Origin: Candidatus Omnitrophota bacterium
GTDB lineage: Bacteria > Omnitrophota > Gorgyraeia > Gygaellales > Profunditerraquicolaceae
DNA: 64,000 nucleotides
Direction of reading: 5' to 3'
NCBI GenBank assembly: GCA_028717245.1
Contig: JAQUOD010000009.1
Location: 228-64,227, forward strand
The notes under the pieces were generated by a model. It saw nothing but the letters and a program-made list of their open reading frames with translations, did no database searches and was not told the DNA's origin. Shown here in pieces: positions 30,283 to 39,647 of this stretch. Position 1 is the stretch's first letter. Every line of letters starts with the position of its first letter. Position numbers and translations under genes: made by a program.

Positions 30283-30427
30283 TTAGCGGGTGGCTTGGTT
30301 TGATTTCGAGCAGCTTGAAAGGGGACCCCGCGAGTGGGTGTGGGCGAGGAAAATTTGACGAGCACACACCCTAAAAGCAGGGGATAATTTGAATCCCTGC
30401 GAGAAAGCAAGGCAAGGTAGCCGCTAA
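30283..30427 (+). repeat. family A element copy 5
   Basis: starts TTAGCGGGTGGCTTGG, ends CCGCTAA. Confidence 0.7.
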
Positions 30428-30441
30428 TAAGGATAAACTAA

Positions 30442-31734
30442 ATGCACGAATTCAAATATAAAGGAAGCCATCTTTACTGTGAGAATGTTAGGGTTGAGGA
30501 TTTAGCCAGGCGTTTCGGCACGCCGCTTTATATCTACAGCTACCATACTCTCATCGGCCATTTTCTGAAGCTGAAAACTGCCTTCGCTCCTATACAACCG
30601 CTCATTTGTTATTCGGTGAAGGCGAATTCCAACTTAGCTATTTTAAAAGCTTTAGTAGATAAAGGCGCGGGATTAGATATCGTTTCCGGCGGAGAGCTCT
30701 TCCGCGCATCGCAAGCCGGTTGTCCGGCAGATAAAATTGTCTATGCCTCAGTGGGTAAAACAGGCCGGGAGATAGAGGACGCCATAAAAAAAAGAATCCT
30801 CTTTTTCAATGTGGAGTCTATCCCTGAATTAGAGAATATTAACCGCATATCTAAAAGGCTAAGCAGGGTTACTCGGGTGGCCATACGCATCAATCCTGAC
30901 GTGGAGCCCAAGACCCACAAATTCATTACTACGGGTAAAATTACCAATAAATTCGGCATAGATTTTAAAAATGCCTATAGAATACTGCTTGCGCGCGATA
31001 AATTCGCCAATTTAAATATCTGCGGTTTGCACATACATATCGGTTCGCAGATTACCGAGAGCGCGCCTTACCTCGCCGCCATAACCAAGATAGCGGATTT
31101 CATCTGGCAGTTAAGGCGAAAAGGCATAGAATTGGAATATCTGAATATAGGAGGAGGCCTGGGGATTATCTATAATAAAGAAACCCCTCAGACCGCTCAG
31201 ATATTTGCCAAAAGGATTACACCCTCATTAGAAAAAACAGGGCTAAAAATAATTCTGGAGCCCGGAAGGTTTATCGTAGGTAATGCCGGCATCCTGGTGG
31301 CTAAAGTTCTGTATATTAAAAATACGCCCAAAAAGAAATTTGTGATTATTGACGCAGGGATGAATGATTTAATCCGGCCCGCTTTATACGATGCTTATCA
31401 TCAAATTTTACCATTACGAGTTACGAGTTACCTGCCTGTCCGGCATGCAGGTGAGTTACGAGTTACGAGTAAAGTAGATGTAGTCGGCCCTATTTGCGAA
31501 AGCGCAGATTTCATCGCCAAGGATAGAAAATTGCCCCGCGTTAGAGAAGGGGATCACCTGGCGGTAATGGGCGCGGGTGCCTACGGCTTTAGCATGTCTT
31601 CTAACTATAACTCCCGGCTGAGGGCACAGGAAGTTTTGGTAGTTAAAGATAAAGTTTTTACAATCAGAAAAAGAGAATCTTACGCGGATTTGGTCCAGAA
31701 TGAGGTAATTCCGCCTTTTCTTTTTGGTTTGTAA
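30442..31734 (+). CDS. lysA: diaminopimelate decarboxylase
   Basis: PLP-lysine in YSVKAN, EPGR motif, 430 aa. Confidence 0.9.
   Translation: MHEFKYKGSHLYCENVRVEDLARRFGTPLYIYSYHTLIGHFLKLKTAFAPIQPLICYSVKANSNLAILKALVDKGAGLDIVSGGELFRASQAGCPADKIVYASVGKTGREIEDAIKKRILFFNVESIPELENINRISKRLSRVTRVAIRINPDVEPKTHKFITTGKITNKFGIDFKNAYRILLARDKFANLNICGLHIHIGSQITESAPYLAAITKIADFIWQLRRKGIELEYLNIGGGLGIIYNKETPQTAQIFAKRITPSLEKTGLKIILEPGRFIVGNAGILVAKVLYIKNTPKKKFVIIDAGMNDLIRPALYDAYHQILPLRVTSYLPVRHAGELRVTSKVDVVGPICESADFIAKDRKLPRVREGDHLAVMGAGAYGFSMSSNYNSRLRAQEVLVVKDKVFTIRKRESYADLVQNEVIPPFLFGL
31412..31473 (+). repeat. in-frame palindromic insertion in lysA: (TTACGAG)x2 - hairpin - (TTACGAG)x2
   Basis: encodes LPLRVTSYLPVRHAGELRVTSK. 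Confidence 0.9.
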
Positions 31735-31735
31735 T

Positions 31736-32536
31736 ATGCGAAAGATTGATTTTACCAAAATAGTGGCATCAGGAAACGACTTCGCGGTTATTGAGAACAG
31801 TCGTCAGTTGTCAGTTTTTAGCTTTCAGTCTTTAGCCAAAAAAATATGTGAACGGAAATACGGAGTAGGCGCTGACGGGTTACTTATTTTAGAAAAATCC
31901 AGGGTTGCCGATGTAAGAATGCGCATTTTTAATCCCGATGGTTCGGAGGCCCAAATGTGCGGCAATGGGGCCAGGGCAACCGCGCTCTATAAAAAATCCA
32001 GTAAAGTAAAAATCGAAACCAAAGCAGGGATAATCGAATCCGAGGTAAAGCGGGATAACGTAAAAATAAAACTCACTGAACCAAAAGAAATAAAGTTGGA
32101 TTTACCCGTTAGGCTCAGGAATAGAACTTTACGCGTAAATTTTATCAATACCGGTGTTCCGCATGCCGTAATCTTCGTCGCAGATTTAGACAAGATAGAT
32201 GTGACAGATTTGGGTAGGCAGGTACGTTACCATAAACAATTCGCTCCGCAAGGGACCAATGCCGATTTTATAGAGGTGTTGGATAAAAGGAATATAAAAC
32301 TTAGGACTTATGAAAGAGGCGTAGAAAATGAGACCCTAGCTTGCGGGACAGGGGCGGTCGCCTCAGCTTTAATTACAGCTTACAGCTTACAGCTTACAGC
32401 TTACAGCAGGATAAATATACATACCAAGAGTGGAGAAATATTAAAGGTCTATTTTGAAAAAACAGGCCGGAAATTCAGCGATGTCTGGTTAGAAGGTAAG
32501 GCCAGGATAGTTTACAAAGGAGCGTATTATGTTTAG
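31736..32536 (+). CDS. dapF: diaminopimelate epimerase
   Basis: GNDF N-terminus, catalytic Cys in MCGNGAR and ACGTGA. Confidence 0.85.
   Translation: MRKIDFTKIVASGNDFAVIENSRQLSVFSFQSLAKKICERKYGVGADGLLILEKSRVADVRMRIFNPDGSEAQMCGNGARATALYKKSSKVKIETKAGIIESEVKRDNVKIKLTEPKEIKLDLPVRLRNRTLRVNFINTGVPHAVIFVADLDKIDVTDLGRQVRYHKQFAPQGTNADFIEVLDKRNIKLRTYERGVENETLACGTGAVASALITAYSLQLTAYSRINIHTKSGEILKVYFEKTGRKFSDVWLEGKARIVYKGAYYV
31797..31836 (+). repeat. in-frame ~7-nt tandem repeat (CAGTYGT-like) inside dapF
   Basis: encodes SRQLSVFSFQSLAK. Confidence 0.8.
32383..32407 (+). repeat. in-frame heptamer tandem repeat (TTACAGC)x3.5 inside dapF
   Basis: encodes AYSLQLTAYS immediately after the catalytic ACGTGA motif. 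Confidence 0.9.
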
Positions 32537-33404
32537 GGGCTCAATTGTAGCAATAGTCACCCCATTTAACAATGGAAAAGTCGATGAAAAGAAGCTGAGG
32601 GGCCTGATAGAGTTCCAGATTAAAAACGGGACATCCGGCATCGTGCCCTGTGGGACAACAGGCGAGTCTGCGACTTTATCTTTTGAAGAACATGACCGTG
32701 TCATTGAAATTACCATAGAACAAGTAAAGAAAAGAGTCCTGGTTATTGCCGGCACAGGTTCAAATTCTACGGAAGAAGCAGTGATGTTAACTAAACATGC
32801 TGCCAAGGCCGGGGCAGACGCGTCTTTACAGGTTTCGCCTTATTATAATCGGCCTACGCAAAGAGGCCTTTATGCGCATTTTAAGGCCATTGCTGATTCT
32901 GTTGATATACCCATCATACTTTATAACATCGCTTCGCGCACCGGCGTAAACATAGAGCCGGAGACGATCGCCCGATTAAGCTGCGATTGCAAAAATATAG
33001 TAGGAGTCAAAGAGGCTTCGGGGAACCTTGACCAGATGTCATGCATAAAAGCATTATGCGGGCAAAATTTTGCCTTGATTTCAGGAGACGACAGCCTGAC
33101 GTTACCGGTATTAAGTATCGGCGGCACAGGTATTATCTCGGTAGTGGCTAATATTGCCCCTAAAGATGTAGCGGATATGGTCAGTGAATTCGAGAAAGGA
33201 AATATCCAGAAAGCCCGCGCATTACACTATAAATTATTACCTTTGATAAAGGCGGTCTTTCTGGAAACTAACCCCATACCGGTAAAAACAGCCATGGGAT
33301 TAATGAAACTCTGCGAGCCGGATTTAAGGTTGCCGATGTGCCCCATGTCCGAAGAGAATTTGGGAAAACTAAAAAAGGCATTAAAAGACTACGGTCTATT
33401 GTAG
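32529..33404 (+). CDS. dapA: 4-hydroxy-tetrahydrodipicolinate synthase
   Basis: GTTGE motif, Schiff-base lysine in VGVKEASG. Confidence 0.9.
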   Translation: MFRGSIVAIVTPFNNGKVDEKKLRGLIEFQIKNGTSGIVPCGTTGESATLSFEEHDRVIEITIEQVKKRVLVIAGTGSNSTEEAVMLTKHAAKAGADASLQVSPYYNRPTQRGLYAHFKAIADSVDIPIILYNIASRTGVNIEPETIARLSCDCKNIVGVKEASGNLDQMSCIKALCGQNFALISGDDSLTLPVLSIGGTGIISVVANIAPKDVADMVSEFEKGNIQKARALHYKLLPLIKAVFLETNPIPVKTAMGLMKLCEPDLRLPMCPMSEENLGKLKKALKDYGLL

Positions 33405-33500
33405 TTTTTCGCACCAGGTGCAAATCCAATCGGGCACCTGGTGCGGAATTGAGATTGTACCTGTCCCGTTATTAGCTTTACACCAGGTGCAAGATGGAGG
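33405..33500 (+). repeat. repeated element family E copy 1 (CGCACCAGGTGCAAATCCAATCGGGCACCTGGTGCG hairpin + GAGATTGTACCTGTCCC)
   Basis: matches 61867-61925. Confidence 0.8.
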
Positions 33501-33504
33501 GGAG

Positions 33505-34215
33505 ATGATTAAACTTGGTATTGCCGGTGTCTGCGGGAAAATGGGCCGGCGGATATTTAAATTAGCATCCGCGGATAAAGATTTTGAAGTTACCTTTGCG
33601 CTGGAAAAAAAAGGTACGCCCGCCATCGGTAAGGAATTGGGTAAATTAAAAATCTCATCTACTCAGGATGGCCTGTTTCTGGTGGACGTGTTCATTGATT
33701 TCACTACGCCGGAAGCTACTGAAATGAATTTGGATTATGTCGCCAGGCACAAAAAAGCCCTGGTATTAGGCACTACCGGATTAAGCGAGGCGCAGATTAA
33801 CAAAGTAGAAGAGGCCTCCAAAGTTGTCCCGGTAGTATTCTCTCCGAATATGTCGGTAGGCGTGAATGTGTTATTTTCCATACTTGCGGAAATAGCCAAA
33901 AAACTGGGGCCGGAGTATAGCATTGAGATAGTCGAGGCGCACCACAAGGCCAAGAAGGACGCGCCTTCGGGGACAGCCAAAAAATTTGCCCAGATTTTAG
34001 CGGATACCACTAGGAAAGAAATTCCTACGCACGCCATCAGGTTAGGTGATATTGTAGGCGACCATACAATTATCTTCTGCGGCAATTCCGAACGCATTGA
34101 GATAAAGCATCAGGCGCATTCCCGCGATTTATTTGCCTTAGGGGCATTGAAAGCTGCTAAATGGGTAATGGGTAAACCCGCAGGCCTGTATTCCATGCAG
34201 GATGTCCTGAAATAA
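33505..34215 (+). CDS. dapB: 4-hydroxy-tetrahydrodipicolinate reductase
   Basis: IKLGIAGVCGKMGRRI N-terminus, EAHHKAKKDAPSGTA motif; start placed after element E. Confidence 0.85.
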   Translation: MIKLGIAGVCGKMGRRIFKLASADKDFEVTFALEKKGTPAIGKELGKLKISSTQDGLFLVDVFIDFTTPEATEMNLDYVARHKKALVLGTTGLSEAQINKVEEASKVVPVVFSPNMSVGVNVLFSILAEIAKKLGPEYSIEIVEAHHKAKKDAPSGTAKKFAQILADTTRKEIPTHAIRLGDIVGDHTIIFCGNSERIEIKHQAHSRDLFALGALKAAKWVMGKPAGLYSMQDVLK

Positions 34216-34255
34216 CAGGCCCGGCACTGCGCTAAGGGAACTTTACGGATAGAAA

Positions 34256-35758
34256 ATGAATTATTTTAGAATAATAAATAATGAGAAATGGCTGTCTAAT
34301 TTTGCTTTGGTTTTAGTCTTGGCCTCTATTATTATTTATTCTATATTCATCCAGTTTCTGCTACCGACCTTCCACGAAGCGGATGAATATTACCATATAG
34401 CCGCTTCAAGCTTTTTAAAAGACCTCGGGCCGCGTTATGATTTCCATTGGGCTCAATTCTCCACATTTAAAAGGTTCTTTTCAGACAAAGAGTTTTTGTT
34501 CCATCTTCTGACCATCCCATTTTTGTCGCTTTCCCAAAATCTTGTTTTAGATGGTAAATACGCCATTATTTTCTTTGATATTCTGTTCATTCTTACCTAC
34601 GCCTTTATATTAAAAAGGTATCTTCCGACATTTTTGGCAGCCTGTTGTCTATTATTGCCTTTCGTAAATTTTACTTTTATTACCTATTTTGTGCGCCTTC
34701 GGCCCGTTATTTTAGCTAATATATTAACTATTCTGGGTATTTACTTTTTGATTAACAAGAAATGGATAAGGGTGTTTATCGTGTCTTTTCTTTATCCCCT
34801 TACCCATATCTCGTTCCTTACGCTCTTGATATTTGCTTTAGCCTGTGAATTGATAAGGTATATTCTCAATAAGGATTTTTTTATCAGGAATATTTACGCC
34901 ACAGTTATTGGGGTTCTCTTAGGTTGCGCACTTCATCCCAACAACCCCAATAATTGGCTTTCTATGCATTTAAACGCGATACTGGTGCCTTTTTATACCA
35001 CCGTCGGCGGCATAGGGGGGTTTGGCAGGGAATTATATTCTGCTTCTTCCAAGGCCGCGCTTGTTTTTAATTTCTCCATATTTTTGGCCTTTTACCTGGT
35101 TATATGGATGGCTTTTTTATCAAGAGTAAAATTAAGCCTGGCTACCCTTGTCTGGTGGTTTTGCAGTAGTTTCTACTTAGCCCTTTCGTTTCTCGGTTTT
35201 AGGTATTGGCATGTGGCAAATGTCTTATTTTTTATTTTTTTCGCCTCTTATATAAAGGACTGGCTGATAGATAAGCCAAAAGGGTTAGTCATATCGAGGG
35301 CGCGCATTTTTATTATCGCCTCTTCATTGATTCTCGGTATATTTTTCTTTCCTAATATACAAACGCAAGCAAACACTATGTTGGCTTCTACAATAAGAAA
35401 TACCGCTTATGAAAAGGTAGCAATATGGATGAATAAAAATATCCCCCCCGGAGAAACCGTCTACCATACGAGTTGGTCTGCTTCGCCTTATTTTATCTGT
35501 TTAAACCCCAAAGATAACTATTTGGTCGTCCTCGACCCTATATATATGTTTTATAAGTACCCCAAAATATACAAACTTTACCTTGATTTAAATACGGGGA
35601 ATATTAAGAGGCCTTATAAATTTTTAAAACATATCTTTAAAACGGCTTACGGGTATGCCGATAAAAACGGAGGATTATATCGCCAGATCAAGAAGCAGAA
35701 AAGTTATTTCAAAATTATTTATGAAAATGATTTTGGTATCGTATTTAAAGTTCTTTAG
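34256..35758 (+). CDS. polytopic membrane protein, possibly a GT-C glycosyltransferase (ArnT/PMT-like)
   Basis: ~11 predicted TM segments; acidic HEADEYYH motif in first loop. Confidence 0.35.
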   Translation: MNYFRIINNEKWLSNFALVLVLASIIIYSIFIQFLLPTFHEADEYYHIAASSFLKDLGPRYDFHWAQFSTFKRFFSDKEFLFHLLTIPFLSLSQNLVLDGKYAIIFFDILFILTYAFILKRYLPTFLAACCLLLPFVNFTFITYFVRLRPVILANILTILGIYFLINKKWIRVFIVSFLYPLTHISFLTLLIFALACELIRYILNKDFFIRNIYATVIGVLLGCALHPNNPNNWLSMHLNAILVPFYTTVGGIGGFGRELYSASSKAALVFNFSIFLAFYLVIWMAFLSRVKLSLATLVWWFCSSFYLALSFLGFRYWHVANVLFFIFFASYIKDWLIDKPKGLVISRARIFIIASSLILGIFFFPNIQTQANTMLASTIRNTAYEKVAIWMNKNIPPGETVYHTSWSASPYFICLNPKDNYLVVLDPIYMFYKYPKIYKLYLDLNTGNIKRPYKFLKHIFKTAYGYADKNGGLYRQIKKQKSYFKIIYENDFGIVFKVL

Positions 35759-35823
35759 GGTTTAAAATAACAACGGTTCATCAGGAAAATTCAGTAATTG
35801 TTTTTTAATTTTAAGGGGCAGAT

Positions 35824-36984
35824 ATGTTTAAACTCTCTAAAAAGTTAGAAAATTTACCGCCTTATTTGTTTCTTGAGATAGATAAGGCTAAAAGGATAGC
35901 TAAACAAAAAGGCAAAGATATCATTGACCTGGGTATAGGCGACCCTGACCTGCCGACACCCAACCACATCATTGACAGGTTGTATCAGGCTGCCTGCGAC
36001 CCCCTGACCCACCGTTATGCCTTAGACCAGGGCCTGTTAGGCCTACGCCAGTCTATCGCCAAATGGTATAAAAACCGTTTTCAGGTCAATCTCGAACCGG
36101 AAACCGAAATCCTGCCTTTGATCGGCTCCAAAGAGGGCATTGCCCATTTTCCTTTGGCATTTCTGGATGAGGGCGATTATGCGCTCATTCCTGATCCCTG
36201 CTATCCTCCTTATAAAGGAGGGACAATCTTTGCCGGAGGCAAACCTTATCTTATGCCGCTTTTAAAAGAGAATGAATTCTTGCCTGATTTAAAAAAGATA
36301 CCTTTAAATATACGCAAAAAAGCAAAATTAATTTATATTAATTATCCGAATAATCCCACTTCTGCCGTAGCGGATGAGGATTTTTATAAAGAGGCCGTTG
36401 AATTCGCCGGCAAAAATAAAATTATCCTTCTTTCGGATTTGGCCTATTCTGAATTGGCTTATGACGGATACAGGCCGCATAGCCTACTGGAGACCGAGGG
36501 TTCAAGGGGCGTGGCTATAGAATTCCACTCTTTATCCAAGACGTATAATATGACGGGTTGGCGTATAGGATGGGCCTGCGGTAACGCACAGTTAATTTCA
36601 GCATTGGCCAAAGTTAAATCCAACATTGATTCCGGTATATTTTCTGCGCTTCAGTTAGCAGGTGTGGCTGCCTTAGAAGGCCCCGAACAGCATATCCAAG
36701 AGATGTGCCAGATTTATCAACAGAGGCGGGATGCTTTAGTTAAAGGCTTGAATACTCTGGGTTGGCAGGTAACTCCACCCAAAGCCACTTTCTATGCCTG
36801 GTTGAAGATACCCAAAAAGACAGATTCCCTGAAGTTTTCTGCGTTATTATTGGAGAAGGCCGATATCGTAGTGACACCCGGCGTAGGTTTCGGTAAATAC
36901 GGCGAAGGATATATCAGGATGGCATTGACCGTATCCAAAGAAAGGATCCAGGAGGCAACCCAACGTCTAAGAAAAATCCTATAG
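35824..36984 (+). CDS. class I/II aminotransferase, probably LL-diaminopimelate aminotransferase (DapL-like)
   Basis: PLP-lysine context SLSKTYNMTGWRIG; dap gene neighbourhood. Confidence 0.65.
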   Translation: MFKLSKKLENLPPYLFLEIDKAKRIAKQKGKDIIDLGIGDPDLPTPNHIIDRLYQAACDPLTHRYALDQGLLGLRQSIAKWYKNRFQVNLEPETEILPLIGSKEGIAHFPLAFLDEGDYALIPDPCYPPYKGGTIFAGGKPYLMPLLKENEFLPDLKKIPLNIRKKAKLIYINYPNNPTSAVADEDFYKEAVEFAGKNKIILLSDLAYSELAYDGYRPHSLLETEGSRGVAIEFHSLSKTYNMTGWRIGWACGNAQLISALAKVKSNIDSGIFSALQLAGVAALEGPEQHIQEMCQIYQQRRDALVKGLNTLGWQVTPPKATFYAWLKIPKKTDSLKFSALLLEKADIVVTPGVGFGKYGEGYIRMALTVSKERIQEATQRLRKIL

Positions 36985-37074
36985 TTGGTTCTTTGAGTTA
37001 CTTGAGTTCATTGAGTTGTTTGAGTTAGAAACTCAATAACTCTATAAACTCAACAAACTCTATAAACTAAATAA
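36985..37074. repeat. inverted arrays of 9-nt tandem repeats (GAGTTNNTT x4 / AAACTCNAT x5)
   Basis: intergenic between the dapL-like gene and folK. Confidence 0.85.
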
Positions 37075-37473
37075 ATGGTAGTTTGTTTTCTGGGGGTAGG
37101 TTCTAATTTAGGAAACAGAAGGAAAAATATCGAGAAGGCATTGGATTATTTGGTAAAGACCAAGGGTATAAAAATAGAAAAAATCTCGCGGATTTATGAA
37201 ACCGAACCTGTGGGCGCAGTCCCTCAGGGAAAATTCTTGAACGCTGCCCTAAAAATCAGGACTTCGCTTGCACCTCTGCCGCTTCTTAAAACCCTTAAAA
37301 AAATAGAAAAGGCCTTAGGCCGCAAGAAGGGTATCCGTTTTGGCCCGCGCCCCATAGATTTAGATATCCTGCTTTACGCAGACAAGGCGATAAAGACAAA
37401 GGAACTTATGATCCCGCATCCTGAGATGTTCAGGAGGGAATTTGTCCTGAAACCCTTAAGAGACCTGTTATGA
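37075..37473 (+). CDS. folK: 2-amino-4-hydroxy-6-hydroxymethyldihydropteridine pyrophosphokinase
   Basis: LGSNLGNR, EPVG and DLDIL motifs. Confidence 0.8.
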   Translation: MVVCFLGVGSNLGNRRKNIEKALDYLVKTKGIKIEKISRIYETEPVGAVPQGKFLNAALKIRTSLAPLPLLKTLKKIEKALGRKKGIRFGPRPIDLDILLYADKAIKTKELMIPHPEMFRREFVLKPLRDLL

Positions 37474-38330
37474 AAGTTATCCGCAGCCTAAAACAAATGT
37501 CTGCTTTTTCCCGCAGCGTGCATCTTAAGAAGCAGACTATTGGTTTTGTGCCGACGATGGGCGCATTGCACGCCGGGCACCTTAGCCTTATCAGGGCAGC
37601 GCGCCGGGAAAACCATAAAGCCGTGGTAAGCGTATTCGTCAATCCCATTCAATTCGCACCCCAAGAAGACTACAAAAAATATCCCAGAGACTTTAAGCTC
37701 GATGCCCGCTTATGCAGTAAGGAAGGCGCGGATGTCATATTTTATCCTGATAGCCGCCGGATGTATCCTGATAATTACAAGACCTATGTAGTTGTTCGGG
37801 ATTTAAGTGATTGCCTATGCGGAAAATCCCGGCCGGGGCATTTTAAAGGCGTGGCTACGGTTGTGGCTAAGCTTTTGAATATAGTTAACCCCGATATCGC
37901 CTATTTCGGCCAAAAGGATGCCCAGCAAGCGTTCATTATAAAAAAGATGGCCCAGGATTTAAATATGCCGGTTAAAATTAAGATTATGCCTACGGTACGC
38001 GATAAGGACGGCTTGGCCTTAAGTTCGCGGAATATTTATCTTAGTAGAAGCGAAAGAAGAGATGCCGTAATTTTATCTCAAGCGCTGAATTTAGCTAAAG
38101 AAATGGTGAGGCAAGGCAAAAAAAAATCTACGCAGATTATCGGCAGGATGAGGCGGTTAATCAGCGCAAAAAAGAGTGTTTCTATCCAGTATATCTCTAT
38201 CGTAGATTTAGAAAATTTAAGGCCTTTAGATAAAATAAAGGATAAGGCATTGATTGCGCTGGCGGTATATATAGGAAAGACAAGGTTGATAGATAATATT
38301 ATCGTAAATCGTAATTTACAATTTAGATAA
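37470..38330 (+). CDS. panC: pantoate--beta-alanine ligase
   Basis: VPTMGALHAGHLSLI HIGH-type motif. Confidence 0.9.
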   Translation: MKVIRSLKQMSAFSRSVHLKKQTIGFVPTMGALHAGHLSLIRAARRENHKAVVSVFVNPIQFAPQEDYKKYPRDFKLDARLCSKEGADVIFYPDSRRMYPDNYKTYVVVRDLSDCLCGKSRPGHFKGVATVVAKLLNIVNPDIAYFGQKDAQQAFIIKKMAQDLNMPVKIKIMPTVRDKDGLALSSRNIYLSRSERRDAVILSQALNLAKEMVRQGKKKSTQIIGRMRRLISAKKSVSIQYISIVDLENLRPLDKIKDKALIALAVYIGKTRLIDNIIVNRNLQFR

Positions 38331-38375
38331 AAATTACGAGTTACCAATTACGAATTACCGATTACGGATTTTAGC

Positions 38376-39194
38376 ATGGCTAAATTATTGAAGATTGGGA
38401 TAGCAGGTTGTGGCGCCATCGGTTCTTCTTTGGCTGCATCCATATTATCTGATTTCTCCGACAGGGCAGAATTAGCGAGCTTATATGACGTTGATATAGA
38501 AAAGGCTTATAGTTTATCGAGTAAACTTGGCAAGAAATTAGCCGCCCTGAACTTGGAAGATTTAATAAATAGGGTAGATTTAGTTATTGAGGCTACCAAA
38601 GCGGACTCTAGTTTCGATATCGCCAGAAAGACAATTTCGGCAGGGCGCGATATCATGGTGATGAGCGTCGGCGGCATAATTAAACAGTATGAAGAGTTAA
38701 GGCTATTGGCCAAAGAAAAGAACGCGCGCATATTCATACCTTCCGGAGCGATATGCGGCATAGACGGCCTTAAGGCAGCAGCCTGCGGAAAAATAAATAA
38801 AGTTACCTTAACTACCAAAAAACCTCCTAAGGCATTTTTAGGCGTTCCTTATGTGGTTAAAAAACAGATACGCCTGGATAATATTGATAAAGATACGGTT
38901 ATCTTTGAAGGCAGCGCCTCCTCTGCTATAAAGAATTTTCCTCAGAACATAAACGTGGCGGCGACTCTAAGCCTGGCAGGCATAGGAGCAGATAATACCC
39001 TGGTGCGTATCGTAGCTTCTCCTCATCTTGAAAAGAATGTGCATGAAGTAGAAATAGAATCAGAGGCAGGCAGGATCACTACCCGTACGGAAAATCTGAT
39101 TCATCCTGATAATCCTAAGACAAGTTATCTGGCAGTGCTTTCAGCAGTAGCGACCTTAAAACAGATTTTAGAGCCGATTAAAATTGGAACTTAA
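38376..39194 (+). CDS. L-aspartate dehydrogenase-like (NadX family)
   Basis: GIAGCGAIG Rossmann N-terminus, ~270 aa. Confidence 0.55.
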   Translation: MAKLLKIGIAGCGAIGSSLAASILSDFSDRAELASLYDVDIEKAYSLSSKLGKKLAALNLEDLINRVDLVIEATKADSSFDIARKTISAGRDIMVMSVGGIIKQYEELRLLAKEKNARIFIPSGAICGIDGLKAAACGKINKVTLTTKKPPKAFLGVPYVVKKQIRLDNIDKDTVIFEGSASSAIKNFPQNINVAATLSLAGIGADNTLVRIVASPHLEKNVHEVEIESEAGRITTRTENLIHPDNPKTSYLAVLSAVATLKQILEPIKIGT

Positions 39195-39300
39195 TAGATA
39201 AGTTAGTGTCAAGGTGCCAAGTATCAATGTGTCAAAGGAAAAGCAATAAAAGATTTTATACTTTGATACTCTGACACTATGATACTTTGATACATAATCG
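39195..39300. repeat. inverted arrays of ~8-9-nt repeats (GTGTCAAAG... / CTTTGATAC...)
   Basis: intergenic after the nadX-like gene. Confidence 0.85.
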
Positions 39301-39323
39301 AAACGAAAGGGGGTGAACAAGGT

Positions 39324-39566
39324 ATGGCACAGAAATTAGTGAAAGTAGGAGTAAAGAGACAGAAGGGTTACCTCTATTATATTGACAAGCACGGCGATGT
39401 TTCCTGCGCTAAGATGGCTAGAGGTACGAAAAAGGGAGGCAGCCCCAAGAAAGTAGCAAAATGCGGCATCAAGAGGAAAGAGGGCTACCTTTATTTTGTT
39501 GATAAACAAGGCGATGTTTCTTGCGCCAAGATGAAAAGAGGCGGCAAGAAAAAGAAAAAAAGATAA
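39324..39566 (+). CDS. small lysine-rich protein made of two tandem ~33-aa repeats (KRxxGYLYxxDKxGDVSCAKMxRG)
   Basis: internal duplication visible in translation; very basic. Confidence 0.4.
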   Translation: MAQKLVKVGVKRQKGYLYYIDKHGDVSCAKMARGTKKGGSPKKVAKCGIKRKEGYLYFVDKQGDVSCAKMKRGGKKKKKR

Positions 39567-39582
39567 GTATCAAGGCAAAGAA

Positions 39583-39630
39583 GCCCCTGTAAAATGGTCT
39601 CATCTCTAATTTACAGGGGCTTTCTTTTTT
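39583..39630 (+). terminator. intrinsic terminator GCCCCTGTAAA-loop-TTTACAGGGGC + TTTCTTTTTT
   Basis: 11-bp stem then U-tract; a TATAAT box follows 10 nt before the uvrA ATG. Confidence 0.65.
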
Positions 39631-39647
39631 GGTATAATCTTACTTCT

